64,000 nt of DNA from Bacillota bacterium (GTDB lineage: Bacteria > Bacillota > Dethiobacteria > DTU022), in the NCBI GenBank assembly GCA_011389985.1, contig JAABTH010000007.1, positions 21,769 through 85,768 of the forward strand, given 5' to 3'. A model generated the notes under the pieces. It did not search any database and was not told the DNA's origin. It worked only from the letters and a program-made list of their open reading frames with translations. How positions within the stretch are numbered: the stretch's first letter is position 1; each line of letters opens with the position of its first letter. Of the stretch, positions 53,699 to 63,152 are shown in pieces. The position numbers and the translations under genes are program-made.

Positions 53699-55099
53699 AT
53701 GAATATGGCACATTATGATCTTTTAATTCGTGGCGGTCAAGTTGTTCTGCCTGATGATATCTTGCATGCTGATATCGCTGTGAAAGACGGGAAGATAATC
53801 GCTTTAGCAAAACCGGGTGAGATTGACAGCGCCGTCGAGGTTATTGAAGCAGATGGATTAACAGTTATGGCCGGGGTAATTGATCCTCACGTGCATATGA
53901 GAGATCCGGGATCAAACGATCGCGAAGATTTTATAACCGGAACAAAGGGCGCTGCTGCCGGTGGTGTTACCACAATCCTTGATCACCCTAATACAGTTCC
54001 TTCAATCAGCAGTGTTGAAAATCTTTGTGCCAAACGAGATCATCTGGCCCAAAGAGCAATCGTCGATTTTGGTCTTTACGGAGCAGCCGGTGCAGGCAAT
54101 TTGGATGTTATCGTTAAGCTCGCTGAGGCAGGGGCGGTGGCATTTAAAACTTTTCTGCATGGCGCTCCTGCCGGTCGTGAGGAAGAATTTGTTGGCCTTT
54201 GTGCCACAGATGATGGCGAGCTCTACAGTGTACTGGCTGCAATTGCCAAAACCGGCTTAATGTCTATTATCCATGCCGAAAATGATTCAATTATCAACAG
54301 TTTAATAGCACAGATGAAAGAGAATGGTGATATCTTAGGAGACGCTCATGAACGTTCACGCCCGGTAGCAACGGAGATGGAAGCAGTAGCCCGTGTAACT
54401 ATTCTCGCCCAGACTGTCGGATGCCGGGTTAACATTGCTCACCTCAGTTCCGGTTCGGCAGCAAAGATGATCAGGATGTTTAAGGATAACGGTTATACTC
54501 TCACTGTGGAAACCTGCCCACAGTACCTTTTTGCCACGGTTGAAGGATTGAACAAGTACGGGCCTTATGCCAAGATTAACCCACCGCTCCGATCACAGGA
54601 AGAACAGAATCTGCTCTGGGAACATGTTCAGAATGGCACCATCGATATGATTGGCAGTGACCATGCCCCTCACCGTCCGGCTGATAAAGAAAAAGGTAAA
54701 ACCAATATTTTTGATGCCGGTTCGGGACTGCCCGGAATTGAAACAATGCTGCCTCTTTTTCTTACTGCAGTTAACCAGGGGCGAATTGATCTCAACCGCC
54801 TGACAAAGATTATGTCCCTGAACAGTGCAAAAAATTACGGATTATACCCGCGTAAAGGTGTTATTCGTCCCGGTTCAGATGCTGATTTTGTCCTCGTCGA
54901 TTTGAATAAAACGCATAAGTTGGAAAAAGAAAAGCTTTTCACCAAACAAAGAGAGCAGGCTCTGCTATTTGATGGTTTCGAAGCAAAAGGCGCTCCGGTG
55001 ATGACAATTATAAGGGGCAGCAGGGTTATGGAAGAAGGAAAAATTCTTGTCGACCCGGGTTTTGGTAAATTTCAGCCTGGACCGCTTTTTAAAGGATAA
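53699..55099 (+). CDS. Cyclic amidohydrolase (dihydropyrimidinase/allantoinase/dihydroorotase superfamily)
   Basis: 466 aa with the metal-binding DPHVHMRDPG motif and a carbamylatable Lys in VAFKTF. Confidence 0.8.
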   Translation: MNMAHYDLLIRGGQVVLPDDILHADIAVKDGKIIALAKPGEIDSAVEVIEADGLTVMAGVIDPHVHMRDPGSNDREDFITGTKGAAAGGVTTILDHPNTVPSISSVENLCAKRDHLAQRAIVDFGLYGAAGAGNLDVIVKLAEAGAVAFKTFLHGAPAGREEEFVGLCATDDGELYSVLAAIAKTGLMSIIHAENDSIINSLIAQMKENGDILGDAHERSRPVATEMEAVARVTILAQTVGCRVNIAHLSSGSAAKMIRMFKDNGYTLTVETCPQYLFATVEGLNKYGPYAKINPPLRSQEEQNLLWEHVQNGTIDMIGSDHAPHRPADKEKGKTNIFDAGSGLPGIETMLPLFLTAVNQGRIDLNRLTKIMSLNSAKNYGLYPRKGVIRPGSDADFVLVDLNKTHKLEKEKLFTKQREQALLFDGFEAKGAPVMTIIRGSRVMEEGKILVDPGFGKFQPGPLFKG

Positions 55100-55123
55100 T
55101 CTACTCTTTTTTAAAGGAGATTG

Positions 55124-55185
55124 GGGGCAGTAGTAGCGTCTCATTCCTAACCGGTGAGACAGACCACTGTCCCCGTTTCGTTTTA
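55124..55185 (+). terminator. Rho-independent terminator after the amidohydrolase gene
   Basis: Nested stems GGGGGCAGT...ACTGTCCCC and GTCTCA...TGAGAC, followed by GTTTCGTTTT. Confidence 0.55.
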
Positions 55186-55284
55186 AGATGGTAAAAGTGA
55201 AAGTTCATGAATTTTAAGTTACAATGTTATAATAGCACCAGGCTGATGAGATGTGACGATTATGATTACACTGAGGTGAAGAAG

Positions 55285-56733
55285 ATGTTAACTGCCGATC
55301 AATACCTTGATTCATTACGACAGTTGAATTTTAAATTATATCTTTTTGGAGAACAGGTTGATAATGTAGTTGACCACCCAATAATTCGGCCATCTTTAAA
55401 TGCTGTTGCAAAAACATATGAACTAGCTGAAGAGGCTCAATACAAAGATTTAATGACAGCCGAATCAAGCCTGACCGGTAAGAGGATTAACCGTTTTACC
55501 CATCTCCATCAGAGTAGCGAAGATCTGATCTTGAAAGTTAAAATGCAGCGCTTACTGGGGCAGAAAACTGCTGCATGTTTCCAGCGCTGCGTCGGCTTTG
55601 ATGCCTTTAACGCAGTTGACAGTGTTACCTATGAAATTGATAAAGAACTTGGGACAGAATACTATAAACGTTTTAGGACATTTCTAAAGCGGGTCCAGGA
55701 AGAGGATCTTGTTGTCGACGGGGCTATGACAGATCCTAAGGGAGACCGTTCACTGCGTCCATTTCAACAGTCTGATCCTGACATGTACCTTCATGTAACC
55801 AAGCGTTTAAAAGATGGCATAGTTGTCAGGGGGGCGAAGGCTCATCAAACTGGTGCGCTTTCCTCTCATGAAATACTGGTGATGCCTACCGTGGCCATGG
55901 GAGATGAAGATGCTGCCTACTCTGTCTGCTTTGCACTGCCAAGTGATACGAACGGGATTATCTATGTTTACGGTCGTCAGTCTTGTGACACCCGCAAGTT
56001 TGAAGAGGGAAGCATTGATATGGGTAACTGCCGTTACGGAGGGCATGAATGCCTGGTTATCTTTGAAGATGTTTTTGTCCCCTGGGAGCGAGTGTTCATG
56101 TGTGGCGAACATCAATATACAAGTGCTCTGGTAGAGCGCTTTGCCGGTTATCATCGTCAGAGTTACGGCGGCTGCAAGGTTGGAGTCGGAGATGTCCTGA
56201 TTGGGGCTGCTGCGCTGGCGGCAGATTACAATGGGGCAGCGAAAGCTTCTCATATTAAAGACAAAATAATTGAAATGCTTCATCTCAACGAAACTCTATT
56301 TGCCTGCGGAATTGCCTGTTCCAGCCAGGGCGGTCCAACAGCTTCTGGCACCTTCCTGATAGATCTCCTGCTTGCCAATGTCTGCAAACAAAACGTTACC
56401 CGGTTCCCCTATGAAATTGCCCGTCTTGCAGAAGATATAGCAGGTGGTTTGATGGTTACAATGCCTTCGGAAAAAGATCTGCGACATCCTGAAATCGGTG
56501 CTTATCTGGAAAAGTATCTTAAAGGTGTTAACAGCGTACCGACGGAGGATCGCTTGAGGATTCTCCGGCTGATTGAAAACATGACTCTCGGTGCGGCTGC
56601 GGTAGGTTACAGGACTGAATCAATGCATGGAGCCGGCTCGCCACAGGCACAGCGAATCATGATTCAGCGACAGGGCAACCTTGATCAAAAGAAGAAATTG
56701 GCCAGAATAATAGCTGGGATTGAGAAAGAATAA
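55285..56733 (+). CDS. abfD: 4-hydroxybutyryl-CoA dehydratase / vinylacetyl-CoA isomerase family (AbfD; HpaB-like flavoprotein)
   Basis: Strong family-level resemblance: KMQRLLGQKTAACFQRCVG, FAGYHRQSYGGCKVGVGDV, LLANVCKQNVTRFPYEIARLAEDIAGGLMVTMPSE. The ATG at 55285 (MLTADQYLDSL) follows GAGGTG. The 26 upstream codons in the ORF track are unlikely to be coding. Confidence 0.75.
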   Translation: MLTADQYLDSLRQLNFKLYLFGEQVDNVVDHPIIRPSLNAVAKTYELAEEAQYKDLMTAESSLTGKRINRFTHLHQSSEDLILKVKMQRLLGQKTAACFQRCVGFDAFNAVDSVTYEIDKELGTEYYKRFRTFLKRVQEEDLVVDGAMTDPKGDRSLRPFQQSDPDMYLHVTKRLKDGIVVRGAKAHQTGALSSHEILVMPTVAMGDEDAAYSVCFALPSDTNGIIYVYGRQSCDTRKFEEGSIDMGNCRYGGHECLVIFEDVFVPWERVFMCGEHQYTSALVERFAGYHRQSYGGCKVGVGDVLIGAAALAADYNGAAKASHIKDKIIEMLHLNETLFACGIACSSQGGPTASGTFLIDLLLANVCKQNVTRFPYEIARLAEDIAGGLMVTMPSEKDLRHPEIGAYLEKYLKGVNSVPTEDRLRILRLIENMTLGAAAVGYRTESMHGAGSPQAQRIMIQRQGNLDQKKKLARIIAGIEKE

Positions 56734-56771
56734 CCAGGTTAGCATTCGGATATTCTGATTAAAAGGGGAAC

Positions 56772-57494
56772 ATGAAAGAGTACACAATAAATTGCGGTGA
56801 TCAGAAAATAACTTTTTCCCTGATCAGGAAGAAAGTAAAAAACGTTAACCTGAGAGTAAAAGCAGATTCAACGGTTGTTGTTTCCGCTAACAGGTCTGTA
56901 CCTTATATTTTTGTTGAAGAACTGGTTAGGGATAAAGCGCCGTGGATTATTAAAAATCTGGCGCGGATAGATGAAAAAAAACTATTAAATATGGAGAGAA
57001 AATATATTACCGGGGAAATAATCAACTACCTGGGGAATAATTTTATGCTGCAGGTATTTCAGGCAAATCATGCCGAGAAAATAGAGTTAAATGGTAGGAT
57101 CATCGCACTTTTTGTGAAAAATAGTGAGGACATTGAACGAAAGCAAGCTTTGATCAGAAAATGGTACAAAGAACAGGCAAAGATAGAATTGGGCGAGTCT
57201 CTAGAAAGAATTTATCCCCTGGTTGAAAGTTTTGGTATAGAGAAGCCGACTATTACAATACGAACAATGAAAACAAGATGGGGTTCCTGCTCCTGGAAGA
57301 GGGGTAAAATTACTATCAATACGGAATTACTTAAAAAATCACGTGATTGTATCGATTACGTTGTCCTCCATGAACTTGCTCATTTCAAATTTCACAAGCA
57401 CGATGCAGATTTTTATGGTTTTCTGTCGGCCCTGATGCCCGAGTGGCAGGTTCGAAGAAAACTTCTAAAAAAAGAAACAGGGGTAGATGATTAA
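56772..57494 (+). CDS. DUF45/YgjP-like (M48/WLM-type) zinc metallopeptidase-fold protein
   Basis: RWGSCS...HELAHF..HKH motif region at the C-terminus. The composition is noticeably AT-rich relative to its neighbours. Confidence 0.65.
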   Translation: MKEYTINCGDQKITFSLIRKKVKNVNLRVKADSTVVVSANRSVPYIFVEELVRDKAPWIIKNLARIDEKKLLNMERKYITGEIINYLGNNFMLQVFQANHAEKIELNGRIIALFVKNSEDIERKQALIRKWYKEQAKIELGESLERIYPLVESFGIEKPTITIRTMKTRWGSCSWKRGKITINTELLKKSRDCIDYVVLHELAHFKFHKHDADFYGFLSALMPEWQVRRKLLKKETGVDD

Positions 57495-57641
57495 TTAGCA
57501 GAAGATATTTGTCTGAAGGGATGTGTCAGCTAAGTGAAAGCTGACCAGGTCCGGCGATCAAAAATTGCAGAACAGTACAAAGGCAGGTTTAACCTGACTG
57601 TTGACTAGATCGAAAGCAATCTGAAAACTGAATTAAATATT

Positions 57642-57779
57642 CTATTCGTCTTCGCCGTTTTTCAGAAGCTCAATTTCATTCTTCAGACCAATAACCTCTT
57701 TCTTTAGGGCGCCTATCTGCGCCAGTGCTGCCAAAGCAAAAACAAAGGCAATCGGTGCCAGTAAGCCGATAACTTCCAT
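57642..57779 (-). CDS. Unannotated small membrane protein (45 aa) with a perfect Shine-Dalgarno
   Basis: Minus-strand ORF MEVIGLLAPIAFVFALAALAQIGALKKEVIGLKNEIELLKNGEDE. AAGGAGGTG lies 8 nt upstream of the ATG. It has one TM helix plus an amphipathic tail. It lies downstream of the MATE gene on the same strand. Confidence 0.6.
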   Translation of the reverse strand: MEVIGLLAPIAFVFALAALAQIGALKKEVIGLKNEIELLKNGEDE

Positions 57780-57866
57780 ATAATCTACACCTCCTTATTA
57801 GCCTATTTTACGCGCTTTCATTGCAATTCTCATTACTTCTATTGTGCATTTATCAGGTTTTTTATT

Positions 57867-59240
57867 TCAGTAAACTCTTCGCTGTTTCCATTTCCCCTGC
57901 CAGTAGTAGAAATAGAGGATTACCGATTCGGCGGTGTCTGCTATTGCATAAGAAATCCAGACGACGATTATCGGTAAATGAAGCAAATAAACCGCTGTTA
58001 TCAGTAGTGGCAGCTGAATGAACCAGCGGGCGACCAGACTGGCTATAGCGTAAGGGCTGTTGTAACCTGATCCCCCAAAGCAGGCTGAGAGGGCAAAGGT
58101 AAATCCCAGCGGAACCAGTCCGGCGGCAGCGCATTTTAGGAGTGTTGAACCCATTGTAATGATCTCGGGCGTGGCATCAAAGATTGCAATGAGCTCTTGG
58201 CCGAAAACAATACAGATTGACCCAAAAGCGAACATGAATAGAGCTCCGAAAAGGCCGGCAGTTTTTGCCGAGTGAATAGCCCGGCCCAGATTGTTTATGC
58301 CGAGATTTTGACCAATCATTGCCGATGCCGCCATTTCCAGGCCGAAAAGGGGAATAAAAGCAAAACCAATTATACGTGTGCCGATTCCACCGGCAGCGAG
58401 AGCATGAGTTCCGTAAAGGGCAACAAACTGCAGTACAACCAAGCCAGAAAGGTGGCGAAGAAGGGAATGCACTCCAATTGGCAAGCCGATTGTCATTAAC
58501 TTTACATCAGTAGGCCAGTGTAATCTGAAAAGCCCCCTTAACATTGGTTTAACCCCTATTTTGCCGCTAAACAGGTAGATTATTCCGATCAGGAATGCCA
58601 GGCTCTCCGCAATCACCGTTGCAACAGCAGCCCCAAAAACCCCCAGTCCGGCGCCGGGGAAAGTTGTGAAGGGCACTGTGTCAAAAATTAAAAGCGGGTC
58701 TAGGATCAAATTGAGTGCACTGGAAAAAAGCATAATTTTCATCGGTGTTTTGGCATTACCGGTGCAGCGTAGGACTGTGCCGATAGAGTAGGAAGAAAAC
58801 ATAACCGGCAGAAAAAAAAGACGTAAATATCCGTAATCGGTTGCCGCCTCAATAACGGCGGGAACGTCTGAATAGAGATTTAGAATGGGTCGCATGAAGA
58901 TGGCAATTAAGGCTGCTGCCAGGAAGGCTACGAAAAACTTAAAGGTGATTGTTTGTTCAATAGAAACTATGGTAGCTGCTTTATCTCCACGGCTGTGGTT
59001 TTGTGAGATCAGTGATATCGAACTCTGGCCGATGACGTCATTAAGTGCGCTTACAACCCAGAATAAGGCCGAAAATACTGTAACTCCGGCAATCGCTTCT
59101 GTGGAGATCATGCCAATCCAGAAAAGATCGACCAGGTCATAGACCATATAAAAAGCCATTCCGAGCATGGAGGGAAAGGCCAGGGAAAAGAGGGTTCCGG
59201 GTATGCTGCCTTCAGTAAGAGACAAAGGTTGTTTGCGCAT
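57867..59240 (-). CDS. MATE-family multidrug/sodium efflux transporter
   Basis: 457 aa, 12 TM segments, with the MATE N-terminal pattern (GSIPGTLFSLAFPSMLGM). Confidence 0.85.
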   Translation of the reverse strand: MRKQPLSLTEGSIPGTLFSLAFPSMLGMAFYMVYDLVDLFWIGMISTEAIAGVTVFSALFWVVSALNDVIGQSSISLISQNHSRGDKAATIVSIEQTITFKFFVAFLAAALIAIFMRPILNLYSDVPAVIEAATDYGYLRLFFLPVMFSSYSIGTVLRCTGNAKTPMKIMLFSSALNLILDPLLIFDTVPFTTFPGAGLGVFGAAVATVIAESLAFLIGIIYLFSGKIGVKPMLRGLFRLHWPTDVKLMTIGLPIGVHSLLRHLSGLVVLQFVALYGTHALAAGGIGTRIIGFAFIPLFGLEMAASAMIGQNLGINNLGRAIHSAKTAGLFGALFMFAFGSICIVFGQELIAIFDATPEIITMGSTLLKCAAAGLVPLGFTFALSACFGGSGYNSPYAIASLVARWFIQLPLLITAVYLLHLPIIVVWISYAIADTAESVILYFYYWQGKWKQRRVY

Positions 59241-59361
59241 ATATCATGTCCTCTGCAGGGAAAAATCATCTTCCGCTTGAAAATTTCTGTTAAATCCGCA
59301 AGATAATGTTTACAAATCAACACCCTGTAACCGGATATATTTAGTTGTAAAGGTTACCTAC

Positions 59362-59664
59362 TTACAGCTTATCTTTAACTGATTTAACTTTCTGGGTGAT
59401 TGAGCCTGCCTTGTCGCGGCGATCGTCAATTTTAATGTAAGTGCTTACCCTGAGAGCTCCTTTTTTAAAGGGAACTTCATGAAGGGATCTTATTACTGCC
59501 AGGATGCGGTCCAGGTCACCTTCAATTATCGTTCCCATTGCTGTAAGTTCATAATTAAGGTCCTTACCGCGATTCTGAAGTTCTTTTTCGCAGGCAGCAA
59601 CATATTGGCTTAAACTTGTGTTTCCTGTTCCTAATGGAACAATTGAAATTTCAACAACAGCCAT
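59362..59664 (-). CDS. MTH1187/YkoF-family (DUF77) small ligand-binding protein
   Basis: 100 aa with MAVVEISIVPLGTG... typical of the YkoF/MTH1187 ferredoxin-like fold. Confidence 0.7.
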   Translation of the reverse strand: MAVVEISIVPLGTGNTSLSQYVAACEKELQNRGKDLNYELTAMGTIIEGDLDRILAVIRSLHEVPFKKGALRVSTYIKIDDRRDKAGSITQKVKSVKDKL

Positions 59665-59770
59665 TTCTTCCCCCTCCTTTTACTGGTTATTTCTTCATTT
59701 GGCGCTTTTAACCTGCAGGAAAGCCGATCTAATAATGTATATTTCAATTTTAATATAATGAATTTTGTCC

Positions 59771-59799
59771 TTGACATTCAGCAGATCAGTTTGTAAAAT
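59771..59799 (+). promoter_or_regulatory. Consensus-like sigma-70 promoter for the cadC-cadA operon
   Basis: TTGACA (59771-59776), 17-nt spacer, TAAAAT (59794-59799). Confidence 0.55.
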
Positions 59800-59804
59800 A
59801 ACAA

Positions 59805-59842
59805 TTGAGCAACTATTCATATGTTCAATTATATGTGAGGTG
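59805..59842 (+). promoter_or_regulatory. Imperfect palindrome between the -10 and the cadC start (candidate ArsR/SmtB operator)
   Basis: ATTGAGCA...TGTTCAAT and TCATATGT...ATATGTGA dyads overlapping the transcription start region. Confidence 0.4.
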
Positions 59843-59850
59843 ATTACAGG

Positions 59851-60216
59851 ATGCGGGGCAAATCAGATGAAAACCTTCGCTGTGATTGCAGTATTGTCCA
59901 CCAGGATATTGTTAAAAAAGTTCAGGGAAAAATGCCGCCGGAAGAAATGCTTTATGATCTTGCCGAGCTGTTCAAGGTTTTTGGAGACTCAACCAGGATA
60001 AAAATCATCTGGGCTTTATTCGAAGAAGAGATGTGTGTATGCGACATCGCTTATCTGCTGAATATGACTCAATCGGCGATATCTCACCAACTGAGGGTGC
60101 TCAAGCAGGCACGCCTTGTGAAACCACGGCGCGATGGTAAGAATGTCTATTATTCACTTGATGATCAGCACATAGAAGAAATATTTAACCAGGGTTTAAA
60201 ACACATTAATGAATGA
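59851..60216 (+). CDS. cadC: ArsR/SmtB-family metalloregulator, CadC-like
   Basis: Winged HTH (DSTRIKIIWAL...ISHQLRVLKQARLV) with an alpha-3 CVC metal site plus an N-terminal CDC pair. Confidence 0.85.
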   Translation: MRGKSDENLRCDCSIVHQDIVKKVQGKMPPEEMLYDLAELFKVFGDSTRIKIIWALFEEEMCVCDIAYLLNMTQSAISHQLRVLKQARLVKPRRDGKNVYYSLDDQHIEEIFNQGLKHINE

Positions 60217-62156
60217 AAAGCATCCCGGAGGATGATCTGCACATGAGTAAAAATAGCAATACAAGTTGTTCTGTTAATGGTAGTTGTGAATGTGATCTAC
60301 CGGTAAGCATCATAAATTTACGAAATCCACAGCAGATTATTTTATATCTGGCCGGGGTTTTATTATTTATCGCCGGAATAGTATTTTCACCCGGAGGATA
60401 TCTTGAGTTCAGCCTTTTTGCACTCTCATATCTTATATTTGGCGGAGGGGTGTTGCTCAGAGCTGTCCGTAACATTGCAAAAGGCAGAGTATTTGACGAA
60501 AACTTTCTGATGGCAATTGCTACGCTGGGTGCATTTGCTATTGGTGAGTACCCCGAAGGAGTAGCAGTCATGGTGTTTTACCAAATTGGCGAGCTGCTGC
60601 AGGATAGCGCTGTGGGGCGATCACGAAGATCAATCGAACAACTCATGGATATCCGCCCTGATTATGCCAACCTAAAAGAAGGTGAGCAAACTCGAAAAGT
60701 TTCTCCCGAGCAGGTAGCTGTCGGATCATTTATTATCATACGTCCCGGTGAGAAAGTTCCCCTTGATGGTTTTATCGTTGAAGGCAGCTCTGCCCTCGAT
60801 CTATCTGCGCTCACAGGAGAATCGCTTCCGCGTGAGGTCGAAACCGGTGACGAGGTGCTCTCCGGTTCAGTGAATAAAACAGGATTGCTTAGTGTCAGGG
60901 TCACCAGGGAATACATGGACTCCACGGTGAGCCGGATATTATCACTTGTGGAAAATGCATCCTCCCGTAAAGCCCGTACAGAGCAATTTATTACTCGTTT
61001 TGCGGCTTATTACACTCCTGTTGTAGTTATAGCAGCATTATTTCTGGCGTTCATACCACCACTTGTTATTCCCGGTCAGGAATTCCAGGTATGGACATAC
61101 AGAGCGTTGGTCTTTCTCGTTATATCCTGCCCCTGTGCGCTGGTCATATCAATTCCGTTAGGATTTTTTGGCGGAATTGGAGGAGCTTCGCGAAAAGGTA
61201 TCCTGGTCAAGGGCGGCAATTACCTGGAAGCATTAAGTCATGTCGAAACAGTCATTTTTGATAAAACTGGAACGCTTACCCATGGAAAATTTTCTGTTAA
61301 TAAAATCGAACCATCTGGTGGCTACAGCACAGGTGAGTTGCTGAAGCTTGGCGCAGCTGCTGCTTATCACTCCAACCATCCTGTTTCAGTATCAGTTCTG
61401 CAGGCATACGATGAACAGATAGATGAAAAAAGCTTAAAGAATTATGAAGAGATACCCGGTCGGGGGGTAAAGGTTAGCTATGAAGGCAAAAAGATTCTTA
61501 TGGGTAATGGGAAGATGTTATCTGAAAATGGAGTGGAAGCATTAAATGATTCTGATCATAAAACCCGTGTTCATATTGCTCTTGATGGCCGCTATGCCGG
61601 CAGTATCGTAGTTGCTGATCAAATCAGGGAGGATGCAGAGTCAGCTATCAGGCAGCTGAGGGATTTAGGAGTAAAGAAGATAGTATTATTGAGTGGAGAT
61701 AAAAAAAATGTGGCTGATGAAGTCGGTCGCAGGCTTAAACTTGATCAGGTTTATGCCGAACTTTTACCGGATCAAAAAGTAGGAATAATCGAAGAACTGG
61801 AAAGGCAAAGCACCACCGGCAAGAAACTGGTCTTTGTTGGTGATGGTATTAATGATGCACCTTCACTTGCCAGGGCAGAAATCGGGGTTGCCATGGGTGG
61901 GGTGGCATCTGATGCGGCTATAGAAGCAGCCGATGTGGTTTTAATGACCGGCCAGCCCTCTAAGCTTGCCGAAGCAATTAGAGTTGCCATGAAAACCCGG
62001 ACTATAGTTATACAGAATATAGCTCTTGCCCTTGGGGTTAAAGGAATAGTGATGAGTTTGGGTCTATTCGGCCTGGCTTCAATGTGGGGGGCTGTTTTTG
62101 CCGATGTCGGTGTGGCTCTGTTGGCGGTACTCAATGCTATGAGAGCAATGAAATAA
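60213..62156 (+). CDS. cadA: P1B-type heavy-metal (Cd/Zn/Pb-type) translocating ATPase
   Basis: CPC in TM6 (SCPCALV), the DKTGTLT phosphorylation site, and a GDGINDAP hinge. Its start overlaps the cadC stop in an ATGA arrangement. A Cys-rich N-terminus (CSVNGSCEC) stands in place of a canonical GMxCxxC HMA domain. Confidence 0.88.
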   Translation: MKSIPEDDLHMSKNSNTSCSVNGSCECDLPVSIINLRNPQQIILYLAGVLLFIAGIVFSPGGYLEFSLFALSYLIFGGGVLLRAVRNIAKGRVFDENFLMAIATLGAFAIGEYPEGVAVMVFYQIGELLQDSAVGRSRRSIEQLMDIRPDYANLKEGEQTRKVSPEQVAVGSFIIIRPGEKVPLDGFIVEGSSALDLSALTGESLPREVETGDEVLSGSVNKTGLLSVRVTREYMDSTVSRILSLVENASSRKARTEQFITRFAAYYTPVVVIAALFLAFIPPLVIPGQEFQVWTYRALVFLVISCPCALVISIPLGFFGGIGGASRKGILVKGGNYLEALSHVETVIFDKTGTLTHGKFSVNKIEPSGGYSTGELLKLGAAAAYHSNHPVSVSVLQAYDEQIDEKSLKNYEEIPGRGVKVSYEGKKILMGNGKMLSENGVEALNDSDHKTRVHIALDGRYAGSIVVADQIREDAESAIRQLRDLGVKKIVLLSGDKKNVADEVGRRLKLDQVYAELLPDQKVGIIEELERQSTTGKKLVFVGDGINDAPSLARAEIGVAMGGVASDAAIEAADVVLMTGQPSKLAEAIRVAMKTRTIVIQNIALALGVKGIVMSLGLFGLASMWGAVFADVGVALLAVLNAMRAMK

Positions 62157-62367
62157 AAATAGACCAAACTTTAAATAATTGAACTGATTCAGGTTAAACT
62201 TAAGCCAGTATTCCATATCCACTATTGTAAGTTTTATTATTTTTGATGATATGTTAATATCGTACTATATAAATCAAGAGATACTAAGCAAATTATTCTT
62301 AAAGCTTTTGATTACATGAGAATTCATAAGGAGGTGGCCCGTTAAGGATTGATACGGGCACAGTAAA

Positions 62368-62844
62368 ATGGCAAAAATTCTTATAGTATATTACAGCCGA
62401 ACTGGCCATACTAAGAAGATGGCTGAAGAGATAGCTGTGGGGGTCAAATCTGTAGGCGCAGAAGCTGTTCTTTGTAATATTGATGACTGTTCGCTGGATC
62501 AGTTGCCGGATTACGATGGCATTATAGTTGGTTCGCCAACTTATTACGGTTTGGTTTCCGGGCCGATCAAAGTACTATTTGACCGAAGTATAATCCATCA
62601 CGGTAAATTGGAAGGAAAAGTGGGCGCCGCATTTTCCAGCGCCGGTGTTATAGGTGGAGGCAGCGAAACAGCAGTTATCAGTATTATTCAAATGATGTTG
62701 GTGCATGGGATGGTTGTTCAGGGACAGGCCAAAGGGCACCACTATGGAGTTGTATCGATCGGAGCGCCGGATGAGGAAGTTATCGAGCAATGCAGACAGA
62801 TCGGAAAAAGAACGGGAAACCTGGCAATAAAGCTTTTTGATTAA
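62368..62844 (+). CDS. Flavodoxin-family / NAD(P)H-dependent FMN-binding oxidoreductase
   Basis: KILIVYYSRTGHTKKMAE FMN-binding loop, 158 aa. Confidence 0.75.
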   Translation: MAKILIVYYSRTGHTKKMAEEIAVGVKSVGAEAVLCNIDDCSLDQLPDYDGIIVGSPTYYGLVSGPIKVLFDRSIIHHGKLEGKVGAAFSSAGVIGGGSETAVISIIQMMLVHGMVVQGQAKGHHYGVVSIGAPDEEVIEQCRQIGKRTGNLAIKLFD

Positions 62845-62903
62845 TAAAGCTCAATTATTCACGACCGGTATTAAGGATTGCCTGTTTTATAGGAGGAATT
62901 TAT

Positions 62904-63152
62904 ATGGGAGTTTTTATGCTTATAGTTGTGCTGGTTTCTATATTGCTCTATTACTTTTGGAAAAAGAACCGCTGGGGTTTCGGGAAAAAATACGTTTTAA
63001 GGCAGGAAGCGCGCCGACTGCTGAATATGGATCATGCAGAAGCAGATGAAACGATTGATAGATTAATGAAAAGTTTACGGGAACGTCATCCGAACCGCTC
63101 AGAAGAATGGTACATGGAAAAATTAATTTATGATTTGGAGCGGGATCGCTAG
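62904..63152 (+). CDS. Small hypothetical membrane-anchored protein
   Basis: 82 aa. AGGAGG lies 7 nt upstream. It has one N-terminal TM helix, then a charged helical tail. Confidence 0.55.
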   Translation: MGVFMLIVVLVSILLYYFWKKNRWGFGKKYVLRQEARRLLNMDHAEADETIDRLMKSLRERHPNRSEEWYMEKLIYDLERDR

